A DNA stretch of 64,000 nucleotides, taken from assembly GCA_947085295.1 (NCBI GenBank), contig CAMTVX010000044.1, positions 3,269-67,268 on the forward strand, read 5' to 3'. A program made the translations under genes and the position numbers. Position 1 is the first letter of the stretch, and the number at the start of each line of letters is the position of its first letter. Under the pieces are notes generated by a model. It did no database searches, was not told where the DNA came from, and was given only the letters and a program-made list of their open reading frames with translations. This DNA is from an uncultured Alphaproteobacteria bacterium. GTDB lineage: Bacteria; Pseudomonadota; Alphaproteobacteria; UBA11222. Shown in pieces: positions 56,543 to 64,000 of the stretch.

Positions 56543-57796
56543 ATGCCTGCTGCACCAATACAAGTTTCCGGCACAAGTTCAACGCCCCCTCCTGGCAGTC
56601 ATGAGGAAGCGCTGCGGGACTATGCGTCCAGGTTGACCAATCGCAAAGAGGGGCGGCGCGCCGTTCATGTGCGCCTGTCGAAATTATCCCCAGGCAACCA
56701 GCTGGAGCACCATATTCGCATTGTTATGAACACGTTTGAGCCATTTCTGCGAAAGTTTAATGGACAGCTGTTTCGACTATGGAACAATGACATCATTGTT
56801 GGCGTCAAGGGCGCGGAAGTAACTGACATTGATGATTACGTCATCAAGCTACGTTTTTTATTTTCCGAGGATCCCCTGCTTACCCTTGAAGAACATTCCG
56901 ACCAGCAGTTTTACCATTGGTATGACATGGAGCTCGACCATCTGGCGTTTATGACGCTGGCGCAGACTTTTAGCGTTGACGCGGCAAAACATCATCAGAG
57001 AATGACGTCGACCCATGCGGCAAAGTCCAATGGCCAAAAAAACCCCACGCCACATGGCAACCTGTCGCCAATGACACCCATGCTGCTCGACCGCTTTGAG
57101 ACAGCGCTGCATGGCGCGGATCTCAGCCCAATGATCGAGCGGCAGATGATATTTGCGTATACGGAACAGGGCAAGCTAAAGCCGGTATTATGCGAACATT
57201 TTGTTTCAATTCGGGTCTTGCAGCAGAAAATTCTACCCGGAGTTGATTGCCTGAGTGATCGCTGGTTGTTTCAGCGCCTGTGTCAGAAACTGGACATGCG
57301 CATGCTCTCGGCGTTGCCGGAAATTTCACAAAGAGTAACAGTTCCGATCACCATCAATATCAGTATCAGCACGATTTTATCCCCTGAGTTTCTGAAATTC
57401 GATTTGGCTATGCGCAAAATCACCCAGCAGACCATGATCCTGGAAGTACAAAGCATTGATTTGTTTGCTGACATGGGCGCATACATTTTTGCCCGCGATT
57501 TTGCACATGAACGCGGCTACGGGATGGCGCTGGATGGACTTAATCCCCTGACGTTCCCATATATGGATCGCGCAAAACTAAAACTCGACTTCGAAAAAAT
57601 TATGTGGAGTCCGGATATTTCAAAAGATTTTAATTCGACGCGCAGAGAGGTATTTGCAAAGGCAATTCAGCATTCTGACCCAGGTCGTATTATTCTCTCG
57701 CGCTGTGACAATCAGGATGCGGTTGATTTTGGCCGTGAAGTTGGGATCAGCCTGTTTCAGGGCCGACATCTGGATCGGACACTGGCAGTAAGCTGA
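56543..57796 (+). CDS. Degenerate GGDEF-like plus EAL-like domain protein
   Basis: C-terminal EAL-fold pattern (ITINIS, ILEV, ALDG, KIMW, LFQG) with the catalytic motifs replaced. Confidence 0.7.
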   Translation: MPAAPIQVSGTSSTPPPGSHEEALRDYASRLTNRKEGRRAVHVRLSKLSPGNQLEHHIRIVMNTFEPFLRKFNGQLFRLWNNDIIVGVKGAEVTDIDDYVIKLRFLFSEDPLLTLEEHSDQQFYHWYDMELDHLAFMTLAQTFSVDAAKHHQRMTSTHAAKSNGQKNPTPHGNLSPMTPMLLDRFETALHGADLSPMIERQMIFAYTEQGKLKPVLCEHFVSIRVLQQKILPGVDCLSDRWLFQRLCQKLDMRMLSALPEISQRVTVPITINISISTILSPEFLKFDLAMRKITQQTMILEVQSIDLFADMGAYIFARDFAHERGYGMALDGLNPLTFPYMDRAKLKLDFEKIMWSPDISKDFNSTRREVFAKAIQHSDPGRIILSRCDNQDAVDFGREVGISLFQGRHLDRTLAVS

Positions 57797-57817
57797 CGAA
57801 TCTGCGAATATGCCCGC

Positions 57818-58576
57818 ATGACGATATCTGACACCCATGTTATTCGTGTGCGTGGCCTGACAAAGCAGTTCGACGCCGTGCTGGCCGTGGACGCCATTGA
57901 TTTTGACGTTGCCAAAGGATCGATTACCGCCCTGCTGGGTGGGAATGGCGCGGGCAAAACCACGACGATCGCCATGATTCTGGGCCTTGTGGAACCGACG
58001 GCCGGCACGATAGAGGTTTTGGGCGCGCGCGTACCCGAACACTATCATCGCGTATTGCCGCGTATGAATTTCGAAAGCCCATATGTGGATTTGCCGCACC
58101 GCCTGACGGTCGCGCAAAATCTGAATGTATTCGCCATGCTGTATGGGGTTTCGGATCGTCGTGGACGCATAGCCGAACTGGCGGCGGATCTGGAATTAAA
58201 GGAATTACTGAACCGTCCGACCGGGCAGTTATCCGCCGGGCAGAAAACCCGTGTTTCGCTGGCGAAATCCCTGATCAATGCACCGGAGTTGTTATTACTG
58301 GATGAACCGACGGCCTCGCTGGACCCCGATACTGCGGATTGGGTGCGCAGCTATCTGGAAAATTATTGCGCCACGCGGGGCGCGACGATTTTGCTCGCCT
58401 CGCACAATATGGCAGAAGTCGAGCGCATGTGCGATGTGGTTCTGATGATGCGCACCGGGCGTATTGTGGATTCCGGCGCGCCCGAAGCGCTGATTGCCCG
58501 CTATGGGCGAAACACCATGGAAGAAGTTTTTCTGGATATTGCGCGCGGCACCGGCAAGGGGGCCGCTTTGGCGTAA
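57818..58576 (+). CDS. ABC transporter ATP-binding protein
   Basis: GGNGAGKTT Walker A, LSAGQ signature, LLLLDEPT, SHNMAE. Confidence 0.95.
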   Translation: MTISDTHVIRVRGLTKQFDAVLAVDAIDFDVAKGSITALLGGNGAGKTTTIAMILGLVEPTAGTIEVLGARVPEHYHRVLPRMNFESPYVDLPHRLTVAQNLNVFAMLYGVSDRRGRIAELAADLELKELLNRPTGQLSAGQKTRVSLAKSLINAPELLLLDEPTASLDPDTADWVRSYLENYCATRGATILLASHNMAEVERMCDVVLMMRTGRIVDSGAPEALIARYGRNTMEEVFLDIARGTGKGAALA

Positions 58577-58593
58577 CACCCCGCCCGGATGGT

Positions 58594-59022
58594 TCAGTTT
58601 TCCGGTTCGACCCAGGGGATGGCGGCGATTTCAATGCCTTCCTCGCGCAATTCCCTGACTTCCTGCAATGTGGCGTCGCCATAGATATTACCGGCTTCAC
58701 GTTCGCCATAATGGATTTTACGGGCTTCTTCAGGGAATTTTTCGCCAACATGATCGGCGTTCTGTTCAATATGCGTGCGTACTTCGCGCAGGAACTGGCG
58801 CATTTGCGCCTGACCCAGCGCCGCTTTGTCCGGCAGGCGGTCCCGTCGGCTATTGCCCTTTGCGGCAATATTAGGGGCCATGACGGCCTTGTCGATTTTT
58901 GTTGAACTACATATCGGACAGCTGAGCTTGCGCCCAGTCAGTTGTGTTTCATAGGCGGTGCTATTGGCGAACCAGCCTTCAAACACATGTTCCTTGTCAC
59001 AGATGAGGTCATAATGGATCAT
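58594..59022 (-). CDS. DUF1178 family protein
   Basis: MIHYDLIC...H.FEGWF, CPIC, VGEKFPEEARKIHYGE, IYGDAT. Confidence 0.9.
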   Translation of the reverse strand: MIHYDLICDKEHVFEGWFANSTAYETQLTGRKLSCPICSSTKIDKAVMAPNIAAKGNSRRDRLPDKAALGQAQMRQFLREVRTHIEQNADHVGEKFPEEARKIHYGEREAGNIYGDATLQEVRELREEGIEIAAIPWVEPEN

Positions 59023-59062
59023 ACGCGTATAGATGGCATGTCATGCCGGGTTGGGCAAGTGG

Positions 59063-60166
59063 TCAAGCCGCTGATCGCCCGGCCGATTTGCTACGGGTAC
59101 GCCATTGTTCGATGACCCCTGTGGCCCTTTCCACTGTCATCGTATCGAAAAGCTGGCAAACCGCCTGTAATCTTGCAGCGGGTACGGCCTTGCCGGTACG
59201 GGCGCGCTCCAGTAACAGGGTAATGGTTGCAAATTGTGAACGATCGGCCCCGATCGCCCGACATGCCACGGCCATGCCCTGGCCTTCTCCCTCAAATGCC
59301 AGGCTGGTAATCGTACGTGCATCCAGCTCGCATAAAAGCGCCAAACCTTCCAGAAACAGATTGAGACGCTTTTCACGCAGAAACCCGATCACCCGGTTCA
59401 TCGACAGCTCACCCGATGCGCGCATTTTGAAAACCAGCTCGGCGGCCTTGTTATTCACACCCTTATCAGAAACGTAAGGTGAGCCTTGCTGAACTGTTTG
59501 AGCACTGCGGATCGCAGCTTCCAGAATTTCGGGATCAATATCATACTTGCCCTGAATTTCGGTTCTTAGCGCGTCCGTTACAAATACAAACATTTTTTGC
59601 ACCAGTGCCGGTGATAAATCATCACGCGCAATCAGGGGGCGTTGCAGGTTCGTTAGCTGCTTGCTTTCCGACACAAGATATTCCATTGCTGCGCCTGAAA
59701 TTTCAGCGCTTTGATTGCTGACCAGCGCCGTCAAAACGTCTGGCTCTTCTGATTGCACCAGCGCATTGCTGACGGCCGCCGTGATGCCTGAACGCATGGC
59801 GACAGTCAGCCGATGTTCGTGGGTCTTGTTCATTACAATTTCAACAAGATCGCGCTCGTCCAGCAGGGGACTTTGGCTGATCACGGGCGCTGAAACTGAA
59901 ATCTCATCGGTGGCAAGAGCCTGCATCAGCAATTTTGGCGCGCGCGGACTGGATGCCAGTTGATGCGCCAGATTGGCCCGCATCTGAGTTTCAAATTCAC
60001 GTGACAGATGTATCAGGATATGACCGGCAACTTCTTTTTCTTCCGGGTTAAGCTGGCGCGGCGCTAGCAGGCAAATATCGGTCAGGCACTGTGACAGCGC
60101 CAGCCGTGCGGCGGGGTCCGGGTCACGCGCCAGTTCGATAAGATCGTTTAGAGAAGTCTGCTCCAT
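59063..60166 (-). CDS. DUF2336 domain protein
   Basis: APKLLMQALATDEISVSAPVISQSPLLDERDLVEIV, HRLTVAMR, VSNALV helical-repeat pattern. Confidence 0.85.
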   Translation of the reverse strand: MEQTSLNDLIELARDPDPAARLALSQCLTDICLLAPRQLNPEEKEVAGHILIHLSREFETQMRANLAHQLASSPRAPKLLMQALATDEISVSAPVISQSPLLDERDLVEIVMNKTHEHRLTVAMRSGITAAVSNALVQSEEPDVLTALVSNQSAEISGAAMEYLVSESKQLTNLQRPLIARDDLSPALVQKMFVFVTDALRTEIQGKYDIDPEILEAAIRSAQTVQQGSPYVSDKGVNNKAAELVFKMRASGELSMNRVIGFLREKRLNLFLEGLALLCELDARTITSLAFEGEGQGMAVACRAIGADRSQFATITLLLERARTGKAVPAARLQAVCQLFDTMTVERATGVIEQWRTRSKSAGRSAA

Positions 60167-60221
60167 GTGGCTGAATTTACCGCCGATGCCTTACCATTGC
60201 GTAAATTTAGTCCAAAATTCG

Positions 60222-61067
60222 TTAACCGGACCGGGCAATATTTAGTTGAATATCAACATCATGGGTCAATGCAGGTACCTGGGCGCGGGCCTTTGCCACT
60301 TTTTCCGGGTCAATTTCAGCCAGAATAAATCCCACTTCCTGACCGGCGTCGGCCAACACCTCTCCCCAGGGGGCAATAATCAGACTGTGGCCATAGGTTT
60401 TGCGGCCATCTCCACTGTGGGTGCCGGTCTGGGCCGGGGCTAGAACAAAACATCCGGTTTCTATGGCTCTGGCGCGCAATAAAATATGCCAGTGGGCCTC
60501 GCCCGTGGTTTTGGTAAACGCTGCCGGAATGGTTATAAAATCCGCCCCTGCCTTGGCAAGTGACCGGTATAAATGCGGGAACCGCAGATCATAACAAATG
60601 CTTAATCCCAAACGTCCCCAGGGCAGATCGTGAAGTACTGCGCATTGGCCGGGAACAAAGCTTTTCGATTCCCGATAGCGTTCGCCATTGGGCAGATCCA
60701 CATCGAACATGTGAATTTTGTCATAGCTGGTGGCAATCTGCCCCCTGGGGTCCAACAGGAAGCAGCGATTGGCAACCCTGTCATCGGCCACCCGGATCGG
60801 AATCGAACCGATCAGCAGCCATGCCTGCAATTCCGCTGCCAGGGCGCGAAATGCGGCCAGCGCCGGATCTTCATCCTGGGCAAAAGTACTGGCGCGGATG
60901 ACATCGACAGTCATGCGGGTAACCATCGAGGTTACTTCCGGGGTGGTGATAAAGCGCGCCCCCTGTGCCGCCGCCTGCCGCGCCAGCGCCGTAACCGTAG
61001 CGATATTTTCAGCAATCACCGCGCTGGAATTCAGTTGCAGACAGGCCGCCGTAAAAATCTGACCCAT
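60222..61067 (-). CDS. Carbon-nitrogen hydrolase (Nit1-like)
   Basis: TTPEV, YDKIHMFDV, GLSICYDLRFP (Glu-Lys-Cys triad), TYGHSLII.PWG. Confidence 0.95.
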   Translation of the reverse strand: MGQIFTAACLQLNSSAVIAENIATVTALARQAAAQGARFITTPEVTSMVTRMTVDVIRASTFAQDEDPALAAFRALAAELQAWLLIGSIPIRVADDRVANRCFLLDPRGQIATSYDKIHMFDVDLPNGERYRESKSFVPGQCAVLHDLPWGRLGLSICYDLRFPHLYRSLAKAGADFITIPAAFTKTTGEAHWHILLRARAIETGCFVLAPAQTGTHSGDGRKTYGHSLIIAPWGEVLADAGQEVGFILAEIDPEKVAKARAQVPALTHDVDIQLNIARSG

Positions 61068-61085
61068 TCAGAGGATCCTTATAAA

Positions 61086-61343
61086 TCAACCCGCCAGCAT
61101 CGCATCCAGTTTACCCGCAGCATCCAGCGCATACAGATCATCGCACCCGCCGACATGCGAGTCATTAATAAAAATTTGCGGAACCGTATATCCGCCATTG
61201 GCGCGATCCGTCATTTCGGGCCGCGCGCCCGGAACGGTGTCGACGTCAATTTCGTCATATTTCACGCCCTTTTGTTGCAATAGCGCCTTGGCGCGGTGAC
61301 AATAGGGGCAAAACATTGAACTGTAGATGGTTATTCTGGGCAT
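61086..61343 (-). CDS. grxC: Glutaredoxin 3
   Basis: CPYC, TVPQIFI, HVGGCDDLYAL. Confidence 0.96.
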   Translation of the reverse strand: MPRITIYSSMFCPYCHRAKALLQQKGVKYDEIDVDTVPGARPEMTDRANGGYTVPQIFINDSHVGGCDDLYALDAAGKLDAMLAG

Positions 61344-61388
61344 TCTGATCGGGTCCATAAGCAATCCTGAGCTTTCTATATATAGGCG

Positions 61389-62141
61389 CTAACCGGGCCG
61401 GACAACCCGCGCCAGACATAACATATCGACACGTGCGGCCCCGGCTTTTCGCACCGCTCTGGCGCAGGCCTCGGCAGTGGCCCCTGTTGTTAGCACATCA
61501 TCAATCAACACAATCTTACGATCCGCCAGCAGCGCCTCACGGCCCGCCCGCACGGCGATCGCCCCCTGTAGATTACGCTGGCGCGCGTCGCGGTTGAGGC
61601 CGCCCATCGGAGGCGTATGCCGGGTGCGCACCAACGCATCCACCGCAGCCTGTATCGCAGTAATCCGGGCCAGCGCCAGCGCCAGCACGGCGGATTGATT
61701 ATAGCGTCGCCGCAGCAGCCGCTTTCGATGCAGCGGCACAGGTACAATCAGATCCGCGTCGGCCAGTAAATCCGCACCGGCCCGCGCCATCCATGCGGCA
61801 AATGCGGGCGCGCCTTCCATCCTGTCGCCATGTTTGAAGCCCAGGATCATGGCGCGGCTGGCGTCATCATACTGGAATACCGCCCGCGCCCGGTCATATT
61901 CAGGCGGGTCCGCCAGACAGGCGCCGCAGGCATATTCTGTATCTTCCTCTGTGCCAAAAGCAAATGGCAGTCCGCAGCATTGACACAGGGGGCTGCTGAT
62001 AAAATTGATGGCGCTCCAGGCCCCGGCGCTCAATTGTCCCTGGCGATCCACAATTGCGCCGGTCGCCAGACAGCGCGGCGGCAACAGCGCATTCGTCAGC
62101 ATCAGGCCTAGTGGCGCTATTTTTTGTTCCCAGATCCGCAT
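61389..62141 (-). CDS. comF: ComF-family protein (double zinc ribbon plus PRTase)
   Basis: CQCCG, CGAC, VPVPLH..R...RRYNQS, LIDDVLTTGAT. Confidence 0.9.
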   Translation of the reverse strand: MRIWEQKIAPLGLMLTNALLPPRCLATGAIVDRQGQLSAGAWSAINFISSPLCQCCGLPFAFGTEEDTEYACGACLADPPEYDRARAVFQYDDASRAMILGFKHGDRMEGAPAFAAWMARAGADLLADADLIVPVPLHRKRLLRRRYNQSAVLALALARITAIQAAVDALVRTRHTPPMGGLNRDARQRNLQGAIAVRAGREALLADRKIVLIDDVLTTGATAEACARAVRKAGAARVDMLCLARVVRPG

Positions 62142-62204
62142 GGTGCCGTTTTACATCCTGTTCGTGATTGCAGCCAATGCTGTTAGATCATAATAGTATG
62201 ACGC

Positions 62205-63077
62205 ATGACGCAAACTAAATCCGCCAGCAACGCGCCCTTTGACCGTAAATTATTGCGCATGCGCCGCCAGCGCGCGGCAGGCAATCTAGCCAGCCATGAC
62301 TTTCTGCTGCGTGAAGCAGGTGTCCGGCTGCTGGAGCGGGTTGCAGATCAAAGCCGAAAATTTCCACTGGCGTTAAATCTTGGCTGTCACCGGGGCGAGC
62401 TGACACATCTGATGTCCGATCATCCCGGACATGGCATCGAACATCTGATCCAGTGTGACATGGCCCCGGCGATGCTGAACGCAGCGACCGGCCTGCGCCT
62501 GGTGGCGGATGAAGAGTCGCTGCCCTTTGCCGCGCAAAGTTTTGATCTGGTGCTGAGTATCCTCAGTCTGCATCCGGTGAATGATCTGCCCGGCAGCCTT
62601 GTGCAAATTCGTCGCGCGTTGCGGCCGGGCGGAATGTTTGTGGGCAGTATGTTCGGTGGAGAAACCCTGCACGAACTACGCTATTGTCTGGCACAGGCCG
62701 AAATCGCGTGTGAAGGCGGTCTTAGTCCACGCATCGCCCCGATGGTGGATGTGCGTGATGCGGGCGCATTGCTGCAACGCGCGGGCTTTGCGCGCCCGGT
62801 CGCGGATGTGGACACGATCACCGTCAGCTATACCGATCCATTGGCCCTGATGCGGGAATTACGCGGAATGGGTGAAAGCAATATTCTGCATACGCGCAGG
62901 CGAAGTTTTCTGCGCCGTGCAACACTGGCGGCGGCGGTGAAGCTTTATCATGAAAATTTCAGCGCGCCAGATGGCCGGGTTCGGGCGACATTTCAGTTGG
63001 TCAATTTAACCGGCTGGGCTGCGCATGATGAAGTTGCGCGAGCACCCGAAATCAGACGCCAAGTGCCGCAGAAATAA
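62205..63077 (+). CDS. SAM-dependent methyltransferase (BioC/NDUFAF5-like)
   Basis: LNLGCHRG, ADEESLPF, NDLPG.L, PRIAPM, ATFQLV.LTGW; divergent from comF. Confidence 0.9.
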   Translation: MTQTKSASNAPFDRKLLRMRRQRAAGNLASHDFLLREAGVRLLERVADQSRKFPLALNLGCHRGELTHLMSDHPGHGIEHLIQCDMAPAMLNAATGLRLVADEESLPFAAQSFDLVLSILSLHPVNDLPGSLVQIRRALRPGGMFVGSMFGGETLHELRYCLAQAEIACEGGLSPRIAPMVDVRDAGALLQRAGFARPVADVDTITVSYTDPLALMRELRGMGESNILHTRRRSFLRRATLAAAVKLYHENFSAPDGRVRATFQLVNLTGWAAHDEVARAPEIRRQVPQK

Positions 63078-63216
63078 TGCTGAGGACATTGGATATCCCA
63101 CCGCTGACCGACGCCATGGATGCCAATATGGCCACAGAGATGCCACCGACAATCAATCCATATTCGATGGCCGTAGCGCCGGTTTCATCAAGCACAAACT
63201 TCATGAGTTGTTGCAT
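63052..63216 (-). CDS. Flp/type IVb pilin (not in the ORF track)
   Basis: Manual translation MQQLMKFVLDETGATAIEYGLIVGGISVAILASMASVSGGISNVLSIISAALGV*, with the G|ATAIEY prepilin site. Confidence 0.9.
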   Translation of the reverse strand: MQQLMKFVLDETGATAIEYGLIVGGISVAILASMASVSGGISNVLSIISAALGV

Positions 63217-63283
63217 AAACTTTCCTTCGCGTCCGAACTGCTGCGCTATTCCAGAGATGGTGAAACAGTCTAGGACTACAAGA

Positions 63284-63298
63284 TTAATGATTGTTTAC
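63284..63298. promoter_or_regulatory. Putative CtrA-type box upstream of the pilin
   Basis: TTAA-TGATTGT-TTAC, one mismatch to TTAA-N7-TTAA, about 70 bp upstream of the pilin ATG. Confidence 0.45.
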
Positions 63299-63729
63299 GG
63301 TTCAGCCAGAAATGACAGTAACGGCCCGATTAACGGCAAATCCGCCGCTGGCATGGGGTAATCACGTAAGTGTGAGGGGGCTATCCAGGCCAGATTCTGG
63401 CCCTCTTTGGGGTGGCACGCACCCAGCCATTTTCGACACACATAAAGCGGCATCAACAGGTGAAAATCACCATCTTCAGGCCCATATGTGTGCGAGGCAA
63501 AGCCCAGCGGCGTTAAATCCTGCGGCGTCACGATAATGCCGATTTCTTCGTGAAGTTCCCGTATCAGGCAGCCTTCCGGTGTTTCGCCCGCTTCACACTT
63601 GCCGCCAGGAAACTCCCATAAGCCCGCCATCGACCTGCCGGGCGGGCGTTGTGTCAACAGCACATTGTTTTCACTGTCAATCAGCGCGCAGGCGATGACA
63701 AGCACGAGGCGGTTCACGCGGGCTGCCAT
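63295..63729 (-). CDS. mutT: 8-oxo-dGTP diphosphatase
   Basis: LLTQRPPGRSMAGLWEFPGGKCEAGETPEGCLIRELHEEIG, YPMPAAD.PL. Confidence 0.92.
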   Translation of the reverse strand: MAARVNRLVLVIACALIDSENNVLLTQRPPGRSMAGLWEFPGGKCEAGETPEGCLIRELHEEIGIIVTPQDLTPLGFASHTYGPEDGDFHLLMPLYVCRKWLGACHPKEGQNLAWIAPSHLRDYPMPAADLPLIGPLLSFLAEP

Positions 63730-64000
63730 AGATAACGCAGAACAGTGCGCAAGCCACCGCGCGAAGGGAAAGCTTCTTCCCATTGCTCCTGATAAATAAA
63801 CCCGCATTTGGTCAGTACACGGATTGACGTGGAATTTTCCCCAAACACCACTGCGTCAAGCCTGCGGCAACACAGGGTTTCACGGGAATAGTCCTTTATG
63901 GCCCGCAAGGCTTCTGTGGCATAGCCCTGTCCCCAAAAGTCCTGACCTAGCCAGTAGCCAACCTCTATCGGGGCCACGTCCGTCACCAGTCCGATCAGGC
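63714..64000 (-). CDS. RimJ/RimL-type GNAT acetyltransferase, C-terminal part (5' end outside the window)
   Basis: EVGYWLGQDFWGQGYATEA, N.TSIRVLTKCGF. Confidence 0.85.
   Translation of the reverse strand, partial: LIGLVTDVAPIEVGYWLGQDFWGQGYATEALRAIKDYSRETLCCRRLDAVVFGENSTSIRVLTKCGFIYQEQWEEAFPSRGGLRTVLRYLWQPA

Noticed and set aside
59041-60240. Possible nitrilase 3'-end relic after DUF2336 (GCCGGGTTGGGCAAG vs ACCGGACCGGGCAAT)
   Set aside because: 10/15 match in GC-rich DNA with no preserved stop or peptide motif; not distinguishable from chance.
1-64000. CRISPR array, rRNA, tRNA, IS element, prophage
   Set aside because: No regularly spaced repeat-spacer array, structural RNA signature, transposase or phage gene was seen by eye.

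Overview
GC-rich alphaproteobacterial chromosome segment, almost entirely protein-coding. I found no rRNA, tRNA, CRISPR array, transposase or prophage. The backbone consists of familiar alphaproteobacterial clusters: rplU-rpmA-obgE-proB-proA-nadD-rsfS-rlmH-envC-ctpA-(divergent polysaccharide deacetylase)-rppH; xerC; enoyl-CoA hydratase-mutM / ubiE-ubiB-coaBC-dut-Rrf2-cysK-moeB; pckA / chvI-chvG; ileS-lspA-DUF3035-two M16 peptidases-pgi-mutL; and DUF1178-nitrilase-grxC-comF / methyltransferase-Flp pilin-mutT-GNAT. Small accessory blocks are slotted between core genes: a 1572-aa VanZ-repeat/O-antigen-ligase-like gene, AbrB-Doc, HicBA plus a Baeyer-Villiger monooxygenase, a small ORF plus Fic, a carbamoyltransferase-SxtJ/K trio, and FecR-OmpA-RsbW. 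The most striking pattern is that at least two accessory blocks (after rlmH and after mutM; possibly a third after ubiB) sit behind a core gene and are followed by a diverged relic copy of that gene's last ~45-50 bp. In each, the last cargo gene reads into the relic in a shifted frame, and no integrase lies inside the block. This looks like an integrase-free, 3'-end-replacing cassette system. Other points of interest: two toxin genes are each cut by one in-frame TGA in the same CTGAAT context, and mutually exclusive hairpins between rpmA and obgE form an attenuator-like set. All product calls come from recognising motifs by eye; no database search was run.
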